This document shows positions 54,041 to 62,167 of a stretch of DNA of 62,167 bases, one piece after another. The DNA comes from a virus (taxonomy: Duplodnaviria > Caudoviricetes). Numbering within the stretch: position 1 is the stretch's first letter; each line of letters begins with the position of its first letter. The notes beneath the pieces are model-generated. The model was given only the letters and a program-made list of their open reading frames with translations, did no database searches and was not told the DNA's origin. A program made the position numbers and the translations under genes. The stretch is taken from positions 1-62,167 of the IMG/VR virus record IMGVR_UViG_3300032373_000007. One strand, given 5' to 3'.

Positions 54041-54790
54041 CTATCTGGCCTTGAGTAGGGTGAGCTGGAATCTCGTGGAACGATGGTAGAACACCTCGCG
54101 GGATACCCCTGTGCGACCTCTGCCCTTGGTGCTCTTGAGGTCGAGCGCTCCTGTCCAGGGCAGCCAGTCCGCCCCCTCCTGGTCGCAGGCGACGATCTGG
54201 CCCTTGCGCTCCAGGACCCACCGCCCGAGCGCGTGGTGGTCGTCGACGGTGTGCGGGTAGTGGCTCCCTGCGGGAGTCTGGTAGGTGGGGTCGACGAACC
54301 ACGTGGCCTCGATGTCAGGCGCCTCGCGGTAGTCGCCCTCGATGACTTGCCAGTGTCGGATCTGGTCGACATGGCCGGCAATGCGCTGACGGGCTCGCTG
54401 GCCCCACCCCCACTTGACCGTGCCGTCGACCTCGCAGTCGGTCCAGCGGGTGGGGGTCTTGCGTGGCTGAGCAGCCCCGTTGTTGCACCAGAAGCCAGCC
54501 AGCCAGCGTGCCTCTTGGCACACGCCCATGTCGTCGACCGTGCCACCCTCGGGGATGTCGGGCAGGGATAGGATCTCAGCGGCCGGCGTCGCGATGAGGT
54601 AGCGCCAGATCCCGCAGATGACCGGCGAGATGTCGATGCCGATGACTTTGCGGTTGGCGTAGCGGCTCGAGAACCCGCCTGCCCCGAAGAAGGGTTCGAC
54701 GATGGTGTTGCACTCGGGCTCTGGGTAGCGTGGGGCTGCCCTCCACTTGCCACCGTAGTAGCGCCAGAACGGTGGCACCTGGGTTCTCAT
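54041..54790 (-). CDS. DNA adenine methyltransferase (Dam/D12-like)
   Basis: YYGGKW, VEPFFGAG, FVDPTY. Confidence 0.8.
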   Translation of the reverse strand: MRTQVPPFWRYYGGKWRAAPRYPEPECNTIVEPFFGAGGFSSRYANRKVIGIDISPVICGIWRYLIATPAAEILSLPDIPEGGTVDDMGVCQEARWLAGFWCNNGAAQPRKTPTRWTDCEVDGTVKWGWGQRARQRIAGHVDQIRHWQVIEGDYREAPDIEATWFVDPTYQTPAGSHYPHTVDDHHALGRWVLERKGQIVACDQEGADWLPWTGALDLKSTKGRGRTGVSREVFYHRSTRFQLTLLKAR

Positions 54791-55929
54791 GCTTCACGCC
54801 CAGCGACAAGCTCGAGCTGGGGCCGGGCAGGCTCTCGCTGGGTGATCTCCTGCGCCACCTCGCCCCACCGCTGCCGCCACTGCCTGTGCAGGTAGCCGAT
54901 GCTCCCGAAGAGCTGGGGGTCGAGTGCGCTGCGGATCTCCCCAAGGAGCACCTCTGCGCCGCCCATCCTGGTGAGCGTCGCGCGGGTCTGCTCGTCCATA
55001 GCGTCGGTGTTGAGCGTGTGGAGCTTCCAGTCTCCGCGCTCGGTCTTGGCCTGGGCCCGGCGGACGATGGCCTGCCAGGTGTCCTCGACGGTCCAGGAGA
55101 AGCCGGCCTCGCTCTCTGGGCGCCAGTCCTGGGCCGCCTCGATCAGCCCGAGGAGACGGGACCTGGTGTGCTCCTGGCCGCAATACAGGAACCAGTTCCC
55201 GATCTTCGTGCCCACGCCGAAGCGGTAGTCGGCGCCTTGGGGGTCTCGAATCCGGGTGATGCTCGGGTCGCTGCTGAGCATGACCCGCTCCCAGGCTCGG
55301 AGCACAGCATCAGCGTCGTGGCCCTCCTCCTCGGCGACGGCGACGGCCTTGCTGAGGCGGTCGCGCCAGGTCTTGCCGCCGGTGAGGGGTCGACCTGGGC
55401 CGCCCTTGCGGAGGGCGTAGATCTCGCAGAAGCGCTCGAAGGTGGAGTCGGGGACTGCCGGGGTGGGGGGCTTCTGCTCGTCCTCGGTAGAGGTCGAGAT
55501 CTGTTCTTCAGTCTCTCTCTCTTTCAACATATCAAGAGGAACGCGCGCACGAGGTCCGCTCTTGGTCCGCTCTTGGTCCGCTTGCGCCTCTACGACCTCG
55601 ATGGCGTCAGGCTGAACAGGTCCGCTCTTGGTCCGCTGCTGGTCCGCTTTTGGTCCGCTTGCAGTCGCGCTGCCCTTCGCAGGCATCCGGCCGGTCTCAT
55701 GGAACTCGGGCTGCGATCGCTTCACGTCGCGCCACAGCCGAGCCACGGCGGCCTTGCTCCACATGGTCTGCCGAGCAACGCCGTCGAGATCTGCGGCCAG
55801 GTTGCGCTTGAGGCGGAACCATAGGAGTAGCCACACCTCGGGGCGGCTCGCCTTGGCATCCCACTGGCGGTTGACGAGGGGCTGGATGAGGTCGTCAGGG
55901 ATGGCGCTGTAGGCGCGGTTCTGGCTCAT
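54787..55929 (-). CDS. replication initiator (lambda O-like organisation)
   Basis: Upstream of MTase and DnaB; internal iteron array and AT-richer tract. Confidence 0.65.
   Translation of the reverse strand: MSQNRAYSAIPDDLIQPLVNRQWDAKASRPEVWLLLWFRLKRNLAADLDGVARQTMWSKAAVARLWRDVKRSQPEFHETGRMPAKGSATASGPKADQQRTKSGPVQPDAIEVVEAQADQERTKSGPRARVPLDMLKERETEEQISTSTEDEQKPPTPAVPDSTFERFCEIYALRKGGPGRPLTGGKTWRDRLSKAVAVAEEEGHDADAVLRAWERVMLSSDPSITRIRDPQGADYRFGVGTKIGNWFLYCGQEHTRSRLLGLIEAAQDWRPESEAGFSWTVEDTWQAIVRRAQAKTERGDWKLHTLNTDAMDEQTRATLTRMGGAEVLLGEIRSALDPQLFGSIGYLHRQWRQRWGEVAQEITQREPARPQLELVAGREA
55501..55662. repeat. iteron array, candidate replication origin
   Basis: GGTCCGCT at 55553, 55564, 55575, 55619, 55630, 55641, 55652 (11-bp phase); AT-richer 55501-55540. 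Confidence 0.8.
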
Positions 55930-55980
55930 GGCGCCCCGCTCACAGGCCCAGAGTTGCTTGAGTTACTCTGCCCTGTGGGG

Positions 55981-56190
55981 TCAGCCGGCATCGCGCACCC
56001 CCAGTTGTGCGTTCACGGCTTGCTCAAGCCTGAACCGCTCCTCCAGGAGGTTCATCCGACGCCTGTGACGCACCCGCTCAACCTCTTCGATCCCAGCAAT
56101 AAGGATCATACCGCAGAGGCTGGCAGCGAAAGCGAACATCAGGAGAATGAGGGGAGCGCAGATCAGCAGGATCACGAGTTCATCCGACAT
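55981..56190 (-). CDS. small membrane protein
   Basis: Hydrophobic N-terminus; GAGG RBS. Confidence 0.55.
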   Translation of the reverse strand: MSDELVILLICAPLILLMFAFAASLCGMILIAGIEEVERVRHRRRMNLLEERFRLEQAVNAQLGVRDAG

Positions 56191-56794
56191 CGCGCACCTC
56201 TGGCCAGCCAAAGTCCTCGGGACGGTAGGGTGCGCCTGCATCGGTCGGGTTGGCCCACACCACCTTGTCCGGGCTGGTCTCATCGAGGGGCACGTCCAGG
56301 CAGCCAGAAGCGTCGAGATCTTCCGCAAGGTTCCGCTCGGTGGTCACCCTCTTGCCGTCGAGCATCACGTCCCAGCCGCCACGCACCAGGAACGGCACCA
56401 GCAGCTCCAGGTGGCACGGGTGCTTGCGGACCTTGCTCCCCGGTCGAGCGCAGGCACAGAGCAGGGAGTCGCCGTCAACGACGTACTGGAGAAACCCCCC
56501 ATTGGACTCCCTGATGACCATGTGGTTCGGGCTGAAGTGTCGCGACACCTGGCCCCAGCGATCCTCCAGGAGCCGCCGGTAGCCGCTGAGATCTCCAGTC
56601 ATCTGGACGAGCCGCAGGGCCGCGAGTGTGGGGGCAGCCAGCGCCACTTGGCCATCGCCGTGCTCCCAGCGCCGAGGGGCAGCCATCGCGCGGAGCTTCC
56701 GGCCTGGGCCGTGCTTCGTCTTGCTGCCCCAGTTCGTGAGGTAGAGGGTTGGGCGTACGTCGGCGCCAGCCCCAGGGGGCTCGGTGGTACTCAT
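56180..56794 (-). CDS. hypothetical protein
   Basis: AGGAG RBS; GDSLLCAC...CHLELL. Confidence 0.6.
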   Translation of the reverse strand: MSTTEPPGAGADVRPTLYLTNWGSKTKHGPGRKLRAMAAPRRWEHGDGQVALAAPTLAALRLVQMTGDLSGYRRLLEDRWGQVSRHFSPNHMVIRESNGGFLQYVVDGDSLLCACARPGSKVRKHPCHLELLVPFLVRGGWDVMLDGKRVTTERNLAEDLDASGCLDVPLDETSPDKVVWANPTDAGAPYRPEDFGWPEVRDVG

Positions 56795-56905
56795 TGATGT
56801 CTCCTTGTCTCTTCCTCCCCGAACCGCACCCCCTCGACCCTGCAGAGGCCATGTGAGGGGATGCGGGAGACGGAGAGATCGGGCCCTGAATGGGCTGTGT
56901 GGATT

Positions 56906-57775
56906 TTACTCAGTAGGGGCGGCGGGGTCAAGGCCCAGAGCCTCCCCGAGCGCTTTGTGGGCCCGCTCCAGCAAATATCGCTGGTTGATCTTGAGCAGGG
57001 CAGATCCCGCTCGCTCATCCAGATTCTCACCGGTCACGTCCCACCCGAACCGCTGCTTGACTGCTGCCAGCAGGGCACCGTGCCTCTCGGCGATCTCCCG
57101 CCTGCGCTGGTCGGCCTGGGCGTCCAGTTCTCGTAGCTCCAACATCTCCCTGCGCTTCGTGCGGTAGGCCCCCAGTTTCCGGGCCAGGGACAACAAGCCA
57201 GCGATGGTGAGCTTGCGCCCAGCCAGGCTCCATGCCTCGATCGGCTCCGCCTGCTCCTGGATGCAGGACCGTCGCGCCATCGAAGCCACGAAGACGGGCG
57301 GGTAGCTCTCGATCTGGTGCTGACGGGCTGCCTTCTTGCGCCGGAGCTTGCCGCCCTTGGTGGCTTCAAGCAGGCCCCAGCCTTCGGGCACCTCCTCCAC
57401 TGGGATGACGCCAGCAGGGGCCACGAACCAGCACTCAGAGGCGAGCTTCTCCCAGGGTGCCCGCTTGCTGGGATCGTCGAGCTCCCGCCGGAAGTCGGCG
57501 CGATCGATTTTGACCTCGTAGGCGGCAGACCGGAACTGCTTGGACGGCCAGAGGTGGATGGCGAACACGTCGATCGTGCGGCGCTTCATGGCTCCGGTGC
57601 CGTCCGCCAGCTCGGTGAACACGCCCCACTCCATCCGGCCCCTGTCGTCGTGTCGGGCGCGGATGAGGCGCACCAGGTAGGCAGCGAGGGGCGGACCCTT
57701 CAGGACGTCGAGAGGCTCGCTCTCGGGCTGTTCTGGGGGCGGCTTGCGCCAGTCCAGTAGGTTGGTGGTGCTCAT
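56906..57775 (-). CDS. MmcB-like PD-(D/E)XK nuclease
   Basis: RTIDVFAI...AYEVKIDRADFRREL..PSK...WFVAP...VPEGWGL. Confidence 0.75.
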   Translation of the reverse strand: MSTTNLLDWRKPPPEQPESEPLDVLKGPPLAAYLVRLIRARHDDRGRMEWGVFTELADGTGAMKRRTIDVFAIHLWPSKQFRSAAYEVKIDRADFRRELDDPSKRAPWEKLASECWFVAPAGVIPVEEVPEGWGLLEATKGGKLRRKKAARQHQIESYPPVFVASMARRSCIQEQAEPIEAWSLAGRKLTIAGLLSLARKLGAYRTKRREMLELRELDAQADQRRREIAERHGALLAAVKQRFGWDVTGENLDERAGSALLKINQRYLLERAHKALGEALGLDPAAPTE

Positions 57776-58053
57776 CGTGCTTCCGTGTCTTGGGTGGTAT
57801 CGAATGCGTCCCAGAGTCTCCGGCACCCAGGCCTTTTGCACCTGAGCGAACTCGGAACCTCACCAGGAATCCGCCGACCGTGGCCCATGTCGAGCCTGGC
57901 GAAGCGGGGCCGGCAGGCGGCCATCCCCTTCGTGACGGGGTGCTCCCAGTGGAGCTGCGAGCTCTTGGCGCTGGGGTGGCGGTGCCAGGTGGCGTCTCGG
58001 GTGTAGACGAGGCGCGGGTGGGGGTTGGGCATGGGGAGCGGGAGGGTCACCAT
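57772..58053 (-). CDS. Cys-containing hypothetical protein
   Basis: Coupled ORF; RCKRPGC. Confidence 0.55.
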   Translation of the reverse strand: MVTLPLPMPNPHPRLVYTRDATWHRHPSAKSSQLHWEHPVTKGMAACRPRFARLDMGHGRRIPGEVPSSLRCKRPGCRRLWDAFDTTQDTEAR

Positions 58054-58295
58054 CCGGCCCCGTCCTGGTGGAAGCCGTCAACGTCAGGCAACTCCATCAG
58101 GACGGCGCCCCCTGGGTGCTCGGCAGAGAAGTTGCCTGGCGCTATGGCATCCCTTCGACCCCGATCGACAAGGGTCTGAGATTCACCAAAGAGCGCGTCG
58201 ATGGGCCCGCCGTGTTCATGCTGGGCTTGGACCACAGCCTCACAGAAGGCTCGCCACCTGCGCTCGATTAGGCGCTGAGTCTTGAGGGTGATCAT
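58047..58295 (-). CDS. hypothetical protein
   Basis: AGGAG RBS. Confidence 0.5.
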   Translation of the reverse strand: MITLKTQRLIERRWRAFCEAVVQAQHEHGGPIDALFGESQTLVDRGRRDAIAPGNFSAEHPGGAVLMELPDVDGFHQDGAGW

Positions 58296-58338
58296 GGGCG
58301 CTCCTATGGCCTGCCGAGCCTCCCCGGCGGGCTGGTGG

Positions 58339-58632
58339 TCAGGTGAGGCCGTGCACCTTGCAGCGGCTCTCGATGACGTCGAGGTAGCCCCGGTAGCCCT
58401 CGAGGAGCGCGGCCGGGTCGCGGTTGCCGTAGCCGTCGAGGAAGCGAGCCATTGTCTGCGCCTGCACCAGGAGGATGTCCACCTCGGAGGCCGGCACCTC
58501 CTCCTCCTTCAGGGCCTTCAGCAGGCCAGCCAGGCGCGTGATGGTCACCTGGGCCAGGGCGCTGGGGGCGAGTTTGTGGAGGTCTTGGCGCTCAAGGAGG
58601 AGTCGCCCCTGCCATGTGGTTGTATCGGGCAT
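58339..58632 (-). CDS. hypothetical protein
   Basis: ACAGGA RBS. Confidence 0.55.
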   Translation of the reverse strand: MPDTTTWQGRLLLERQDLHKLAPSALAQVTITRLAGLLKALKEEEVPASEVDILLVQAQTMARFLDGYGNRDPAALLEGYRGYLDVIESRCKVHGLT

Positions 58633-58680
58633 TCTATTGTCCTGTGTCTTGGGTGGTGGGTTGGTTGTGACTGGCGCGGC

Positions 58681-59121
58681 TCACTCGTCGGCCCCAGCCG
58701 CCTTGAGTAGCCCACGCAGATTCAAGGCCACCTCGTCGTGAGCCCTTGCCTGCTGCCTCGCCCCAGCGGCCATTCCGCCCCCTCGGGCCCCATCCCTGTG
58801 GAGCCCCTTAGCGATAGCGGAGTAGTTCACCGCGAGGGAATCGACACGCACACGAAGGTCGGTGTGGCCAGATCGGGCTTCGTCACGCTCCCTCTCCAGC
58901 GTGGCAGCAAGCGCCCCCACCTCATCCAGGTCCGCCTTGAGCCGCTCGATCCTGTCGTTGGCCTTGTCGCGCTCAGCCACGACCCGCTCCAGCTGCTTGC
59001 AGAGTTGCTCGATGTCGTGGGGGTCGTAGTCCTCGGGGCCCTTCGCCAGGTCGCCCAGGAGGGGGCGCCAGCGCTCGATGAAGAGGCGGTTGCGGTCGGT
59101 GGTTGGGGGGTCAGTCGTCAC
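58681..59121 (-). CDS. coiled-coil hypothetical protein
   Basis: CACAGGA RBS before GTG. Confidence 0.55.
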   Translation of the reverse strand: MTTDPPTTDRNRLFIERWRPLLGDLAKGPEDYDPHDIEQLCKQLERVVAERDKANDRIERLKADLDEVGALAATLERERDEARSGHTDLRVRVDSLAVNYSAIAKGLHRDGARGGGMAAGARQQARAHDEVALNLRGLLKAAGADE

Positions 59122-59275
59122 TTGGTTTTCCTGTGGTCTTCGGCTTCTGGCTGGGCTTGTCATCGAGGCGCAGCACCCGAGGAGCAGAGTTGCGCTTGTC
59201 GATAATCTCCTCGAATCGGAGCACATCCCCGTCGGGGAGGTACAGGACGCGGAGCGGGTTAACTGTGCGGCTCAT
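59111..59275 (-). CDS. small hypothetical protein
   Basis: First gene after P10; CAGGAG RBS. Confidence 0.5.
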   Translation of the reverse strand: MSRTVNPLRVLYLPDGDVLRFEEIIDKRNSAPRVLRLDDKPSQKPKTTGKPSDD

Positions 59276-59325
59276 GTGGCTCCTGGGTGAGCGTCTCGTC
59301 GGGGAAAGCCCCTCGGGACGCCATA

Positions 59326-59354
59326 AGCGTAGGCCATCATGGCAATAGACGCAA
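59326..59354 (-). promoter_or_regulatory. sigma70-like promoter with operator (P10)
   Basis: TTGCGT-17 nt-TACGCT; operator GCCATCATGGC. Confidence 0.75.
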
Positions 59355-59368
59355 GGGCCTTGGGTCAA

Positions 59369-59671
59369 TCAGGCCAACTCAGTAGCCGCCAACCACTCCA
59401 GCGCCCGAATCTCCAGCCACTTCGGCAGTTTCATCGCGGCCGATCTCACCTTCGACGAGCGGTCCCACACATCCACGGCGCCAGTCTTGCCGTTGAGCCG
59501 CAGGCCCTGGAGCCACTCAGGGGCGCCCGGGAGTCCGCCGAGGGGGTAGATGCCTGCTCGCTTCCTGCTGGCCATGAGAGCGGCCATCTCGGCACGTAGA
59601 AGCTCCAGGGCTGGGCCTTCTGCATCCTTGTCGTCGAGGTGGGCCAGGACGCGGTCGAGGTTGGTGATCAT
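59369..59671 (-). CDS. hypothetical protein
   Basis: ATGA overlap. Confidence 0.55.
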   Translation of the reverse strand: MITNLDRVLAHLDDKDAEGPALELLRAEMAALMASRKRAGIYPLGGLPGAPEWLQGLRLNGKTGAVDVWDRSSKVRSAAMKLPKWLEIRALEWLAATELA

Positions 59672-60216
59672 GGGGCCGCCAGCGTCAGAACGTCGACGGG
59701 TCCACCGCATCCCATGTTGTGGGCGATGGCTGCCTCGCAGGCCGTGCGGAGACGCTTCCCCGGGAGGCTGCCCTTGGTGGCGAACAGGACGCCGATAGCG
59801 AAATCCTCCCCACTCCCACAGGCCCACTCGCCGGACAGGATTCGGAGGCACGCGCCGTCGCTGTCAATCCTCCAGACGCCCAGCCGGGTCGCCACCAGGA
59901 GAACCACGCCCTGAATCTTGCCAGTGTCATCCACCTTCCCGTGCCCGCGGGCTCCCAGCCAGTTGTGCAGTCCATCAGCGAGGCCCTGGGCCCAGCCGTC
60001 CACCATCTCAGGCGTGAGGCCGACCACGGGCGACACGAGGGGCTCATGCTGGCGCAGGTAGGCTGCTGCCCTCATGGCTCCAGACAGGCCCACGATAGCC
60101 TCGCCCATCATTCGGATCTTGGGACCGCTCTCGTGGGTGGTCCAGCCGTTGGCGACCTGGCGATCGGCAGCCATGTAGGCAGCGCCGTCTTGGACGATGG
60201 CGGCAATGACGGTCAA
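59668..60216 (-). CDS. HslV/proteasome-beta-like Ntn peptidase
   Basis: N-terminal (M)TVIAA...AADRQ, PKI, GLSG, ACGSGEDFAIG; TTG start. Confidence 0.75.
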   Translation of the reverse strand: MTVIAAIVQDGAAYMAADRQVANGWTTHESGPKIRMMGEAIVGLSGAMRAAAYLRQHEPLVSPVVGLTPEMVDGWAQGLADGLHNWLGARGHGKVDDTGKIQGVVLLVATRLGVWRIDSDGACLRILSGEWACGSGEDFAIGVLFATKGSLPGKRLRTACEAAIAHNMGCGGPVDVLTLAAP

Positions 60217-60479
60217 GACGCACCCCCGTCCAGCTTCGGCCTGCCTGAAAGGGCGAGCTCGGCGCGGAGCTTCTGCACCTCCGCGATCAGGGAGCCCACA
60301 TCGCGGAGTGAGTCGCTGATTACCACATCGGGGTCGTGGTCAGGGCGAACGGGGATCGACATCACCCACTCCCTGGATCCCTCGGCATCGCGGGGCTTGC
60401 AGAGGTTCACCACCATCTGGTGGGCGGCTTCTGCGCGGGTGGAGATGGCGTCGAGGTCGAGGGGGTCAGTCGGTGCCAT
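60213..60479 (-). CDS. phage hypothetical protein (LDLDAISTRAEAA)
   Basis: CACAGGAGCCGACC-ATG. Confidence 0.6.
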   Translation of the reverse strand: MAPTDPLDLDAISTRAEAAHQMVVNLCKPRDAEGSREWVMSIPVRPDHDPDVVISDSLRDVGSLIAEVQKLRAELALSGRPKLDGGAS

Positions 60480-60631
60480 GGTCGGCTCCTGTGGTTGGTC
60501 GGTGGTCTTCATGTGGAGTCTATCGCACGGTCAGGGGAGAGTGCAGCCCGAGGTCGCCCCACGCGACCCCGAGCTGCTGGCCCTACCTCACGCTGCTGCT
60601 CTTGGGTGCGAGCGCTGCGCAGGGTCTGGGC

Positions 60632-61015
60632 CTACTCTTCTCCAGAGTCGCCACTCTCGGAGTCGTCATCAGGCCAGGCGGGTGCTGGAGCTCGCGGGCT
60701 CACCTGGATGGTCTCGACCTCGAAGCCCTTGCCCTGCATGAACACGGCCCGGTCGAGGGCTGCTGCTGCTGGGATGGGGCCCCAGGTCCGCCACTCGGGG
60801 AAGAGCTTGTGCCGCGAGGTCCCCTTGTGCCCTCCGGTGTCCCCCTGCGGGATGCGGTAGCGGATGACCGTGTCGGCCGGCGAGAGGCACAGTTCCACGC
60901 AGCGGCGCAGGGTGCTCGTCATGTCCTCGAAGGGCTCGGCGACGGCCTGGAGCCGGCCGTACTCCTCGGCGGTCATGCGGTACTGCGTCTGGGCGACGAT
61001 CACGCGATTAGCCAT
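60632..61015 (-). CDS. hypothetical protein, possible ribbon-helix-helix N-terminus
   Basis: TQYRMTAEEYGRLQ...MTSTLRR. Confidence 0.5.
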   Translation of the reverse strand: MANRVIVAQTQYRMTAEEYGRLQAVAEPFEDMTSTLRRCVELCLSPADTVIRYRIPQGDTGGHKGTSRHKLFPEWRTWGPIPAAAALDRAVFMQGKGFEVETIQVSPRAPAPAWPDDDSESGDSGEE

Positions 61016-61268
61016 CAGTGCCCCCTTCTGGCTCTGGCGCGAGGATCCTGGCGATGACCGTGGCTGTCTCAGTGTGGTAGACCAGCAGGCCCCACTGCTT
61101 GCCATCGAGCTTCCTGGTGTAGAGCGCCCCATACCTTGGGCCGGATGTCTCCCAGTTCTGCGGCTCCTTGATGTAGGCCCGAGCGTTTCGCAGGGCCCAG
61201 CTGGAAAGGAACCGGCCCCAGCCATCCTCGGGCACGTTGCGGATGATGATGTCGTGGCGCTCACCCAT
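61008..61268 (-). CDS. hypothetical protein
   Basis: Coupled ORF. Confidence 0.55.
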   Translation of the reverse strand: MGERHDIIIRNVPEDGWGRFLSSWALRNARAYIKEPQNWETSGPRYGALYTRKLDGKQWGLLVYHTETATVIARILAPEPEGGTDG

Positions 61269-61836
61269 CGGACGCCGCCACCAGCCCCGCCTGGGAGTAG
61301 ATCATCCCAGCAGCTGCGCGCAGGGCGTCTCGGCCTCCGGTGAGGACCACGCACTCCATCCGCTCGTCTTCGACTCTCATGGAGCCCACGGCGTGGACGG
61401 TGAGAGCAGGGGTGGGCTTGGAACTCACCAGGTCAAGGTACTCCTGCACGAAGCCAGCAGCCTCGGAGTCGTCGGGGTCCACCAGCTCCATCAGCAGGCT
61501 GTCGTCGCCATCGGTGGAGGCATGGACCTGGCGGAGCTTCGACAGTAGGCGGCAGGCAGGGCCGACGATCACGCGAGCGTCGACGGGGTAGCTGTGGCCG
61601 CCTCCGGGGTGCATGAGCCTGTCGGTCACTTCGTCGCTGTCAGCTGCATAGAGGCCTGCGCGATCCAGCTGGTCGGTGTAGCCGCAGCTGTTCGGGCCCC
61701 ACCAGCGTCCTCGGCCTTGGCGCTTGCCGTTGCGCACCTCGATCAGGAAGGGGCCAGGGCTGTCGGGGATGCCGTTGGTGTGGGTCGCCTTGGGTGCGCG
61801 GCCGCCCGGGGCCAGGAGGTCGTAGAGTGCTTGCAT
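61261..61836 (-). CDS. hypothetical protein (WWGPNSCGYTDQLDRAGLY)
   Basis: AAGGA-CACCGACC-ATG. Confidence 0.6.
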   Translation of the reverse strand: MQALYDLLAPGGRAPKATHTNGIPDSPGPFLIEVRNGKRQGRGRWWGPNSCGYTDQLDRAGLYAADSDEVTDRLMHPGGGHSYPVDARVIVGPACRLLSKLRQVHASTDGDDSLLMELVDPDDSEAAGFVQEYLDLVSSKPTPALTVHAVGSMRVEDERMECVVLTGGRDALRAAAGMIYSQAGLVAASDG

Positions 61837-61859
61837 GGTCGGTGTCCTTGGTTTTGGGT

Positions 61860-62147
61860 CTACTTCGTGAGGCCGGACTCGAGTTTGTGCAGAGTCATGC
61901 GGGTCCCATTGCCGCCCCGCGCGTCCCAGTATGTGGTCACCACGACGACCATCCCGTGCTTGTGAAGTCGGCGATTCAGTTCCGGGAGCATTCCGGGAGA
62001 CGCCTGCAGCCAGACGTCCTCACCGTGCCGGGAATCCCGGGAAAGGAGGCGCCCGGCAGCACCCCTCATCAGTTCCATCGACTCGGCGAGGCGGCGCTCC
62101 TGACTGGCGATCTCATCGCTGGATGGGTGATAGGTTGGGAATGGCAT
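61860..62147 (-). CDS. hypothetical protein
   Basis: CACAGGAGCCGACT-ATG. Confidence 0.55.
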   Translation of the reverse strand: MPFPTYHPSSDEIASQERRLAESMELMRGAAGRLLSRDSRHGEDVWLQASPGMLPELNRRLHKHGMVVVVTTYWDARGGNGTRMTLHKLESGLTK

Positions 62148-62167
62148 AGTCGGCTCCTGTGGTGGAG

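Noticed and set aside
55553-55662. Repeat array as a CRISPR
   Set aside because: Units are 11 bp and tandem with no unique spacers; no cas genes
59276-59368. N-terminal extension of ORF 59111..59368
   Set aside because: Overlaps promoter P10; a better RBS precedes ATG 59275
1-62167. Terminal repeat or proven circular junction; tRNA genes; DGR or retron
   Set aside because: No end overlap seen, and joining the ends gives an awkward long gene overlap; no cloverleaf or reverse transcriptase motif recognised by eye

Overview
The window is a very GC-rich tailed-phage sequence of myovirus type (contractile tail), possibly most or all of a circularly permuted genome. Nearly all genes lie on the - strand. 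Reading in the direction of transcription (high to low coordinates), the order is: small early genes, an HslV-like peptidase, an MmcB-like nuclease, a replication initiator with an internal iteron origin, an adenine MTase, DnaB, a phage sigma factor, TerS/TerL, portal, MuF, prohead protease, capsid, neck, sheath/tube, frameshifted tail chaperones, tape measure, baseplate, fibres, an M15 endolysin, and then a long early/middle region (HTH regulator, SbcC-like ATPase, UvrD, dUTPase, RecU, HNH, second MTase). I found no integrase, DNA polymerase, tRNA or CRISPR array. A lipoprotein with DxDCD repeats suggests a Myxococcota-like host (inference). The main observations are these. (1) Two regulatory motif families can be read directly from the DNA: ten sigma70-like promoters, each with a palindromic GCCR-N3-YGGC operator in the spacer, and a separate AGCTACATA motif in front of structural genes. 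(2) The phage sigma factor ends in a beta-clamp-like motif, which suggests T4-style replication-coupled late transcription. (3) The portal is fused to a 2H phosphoesterase (Acb1-like) and a further C-terminal domain. (4) There is an Arr-like ADP-ribosyltransferase and a cyclic-phosphate receiver protein. (5) Two intergenic regions look like structured RNAs. (6) One baseplate gene is inverted. All family assignments come from motif recognition by eye, not from database searches.
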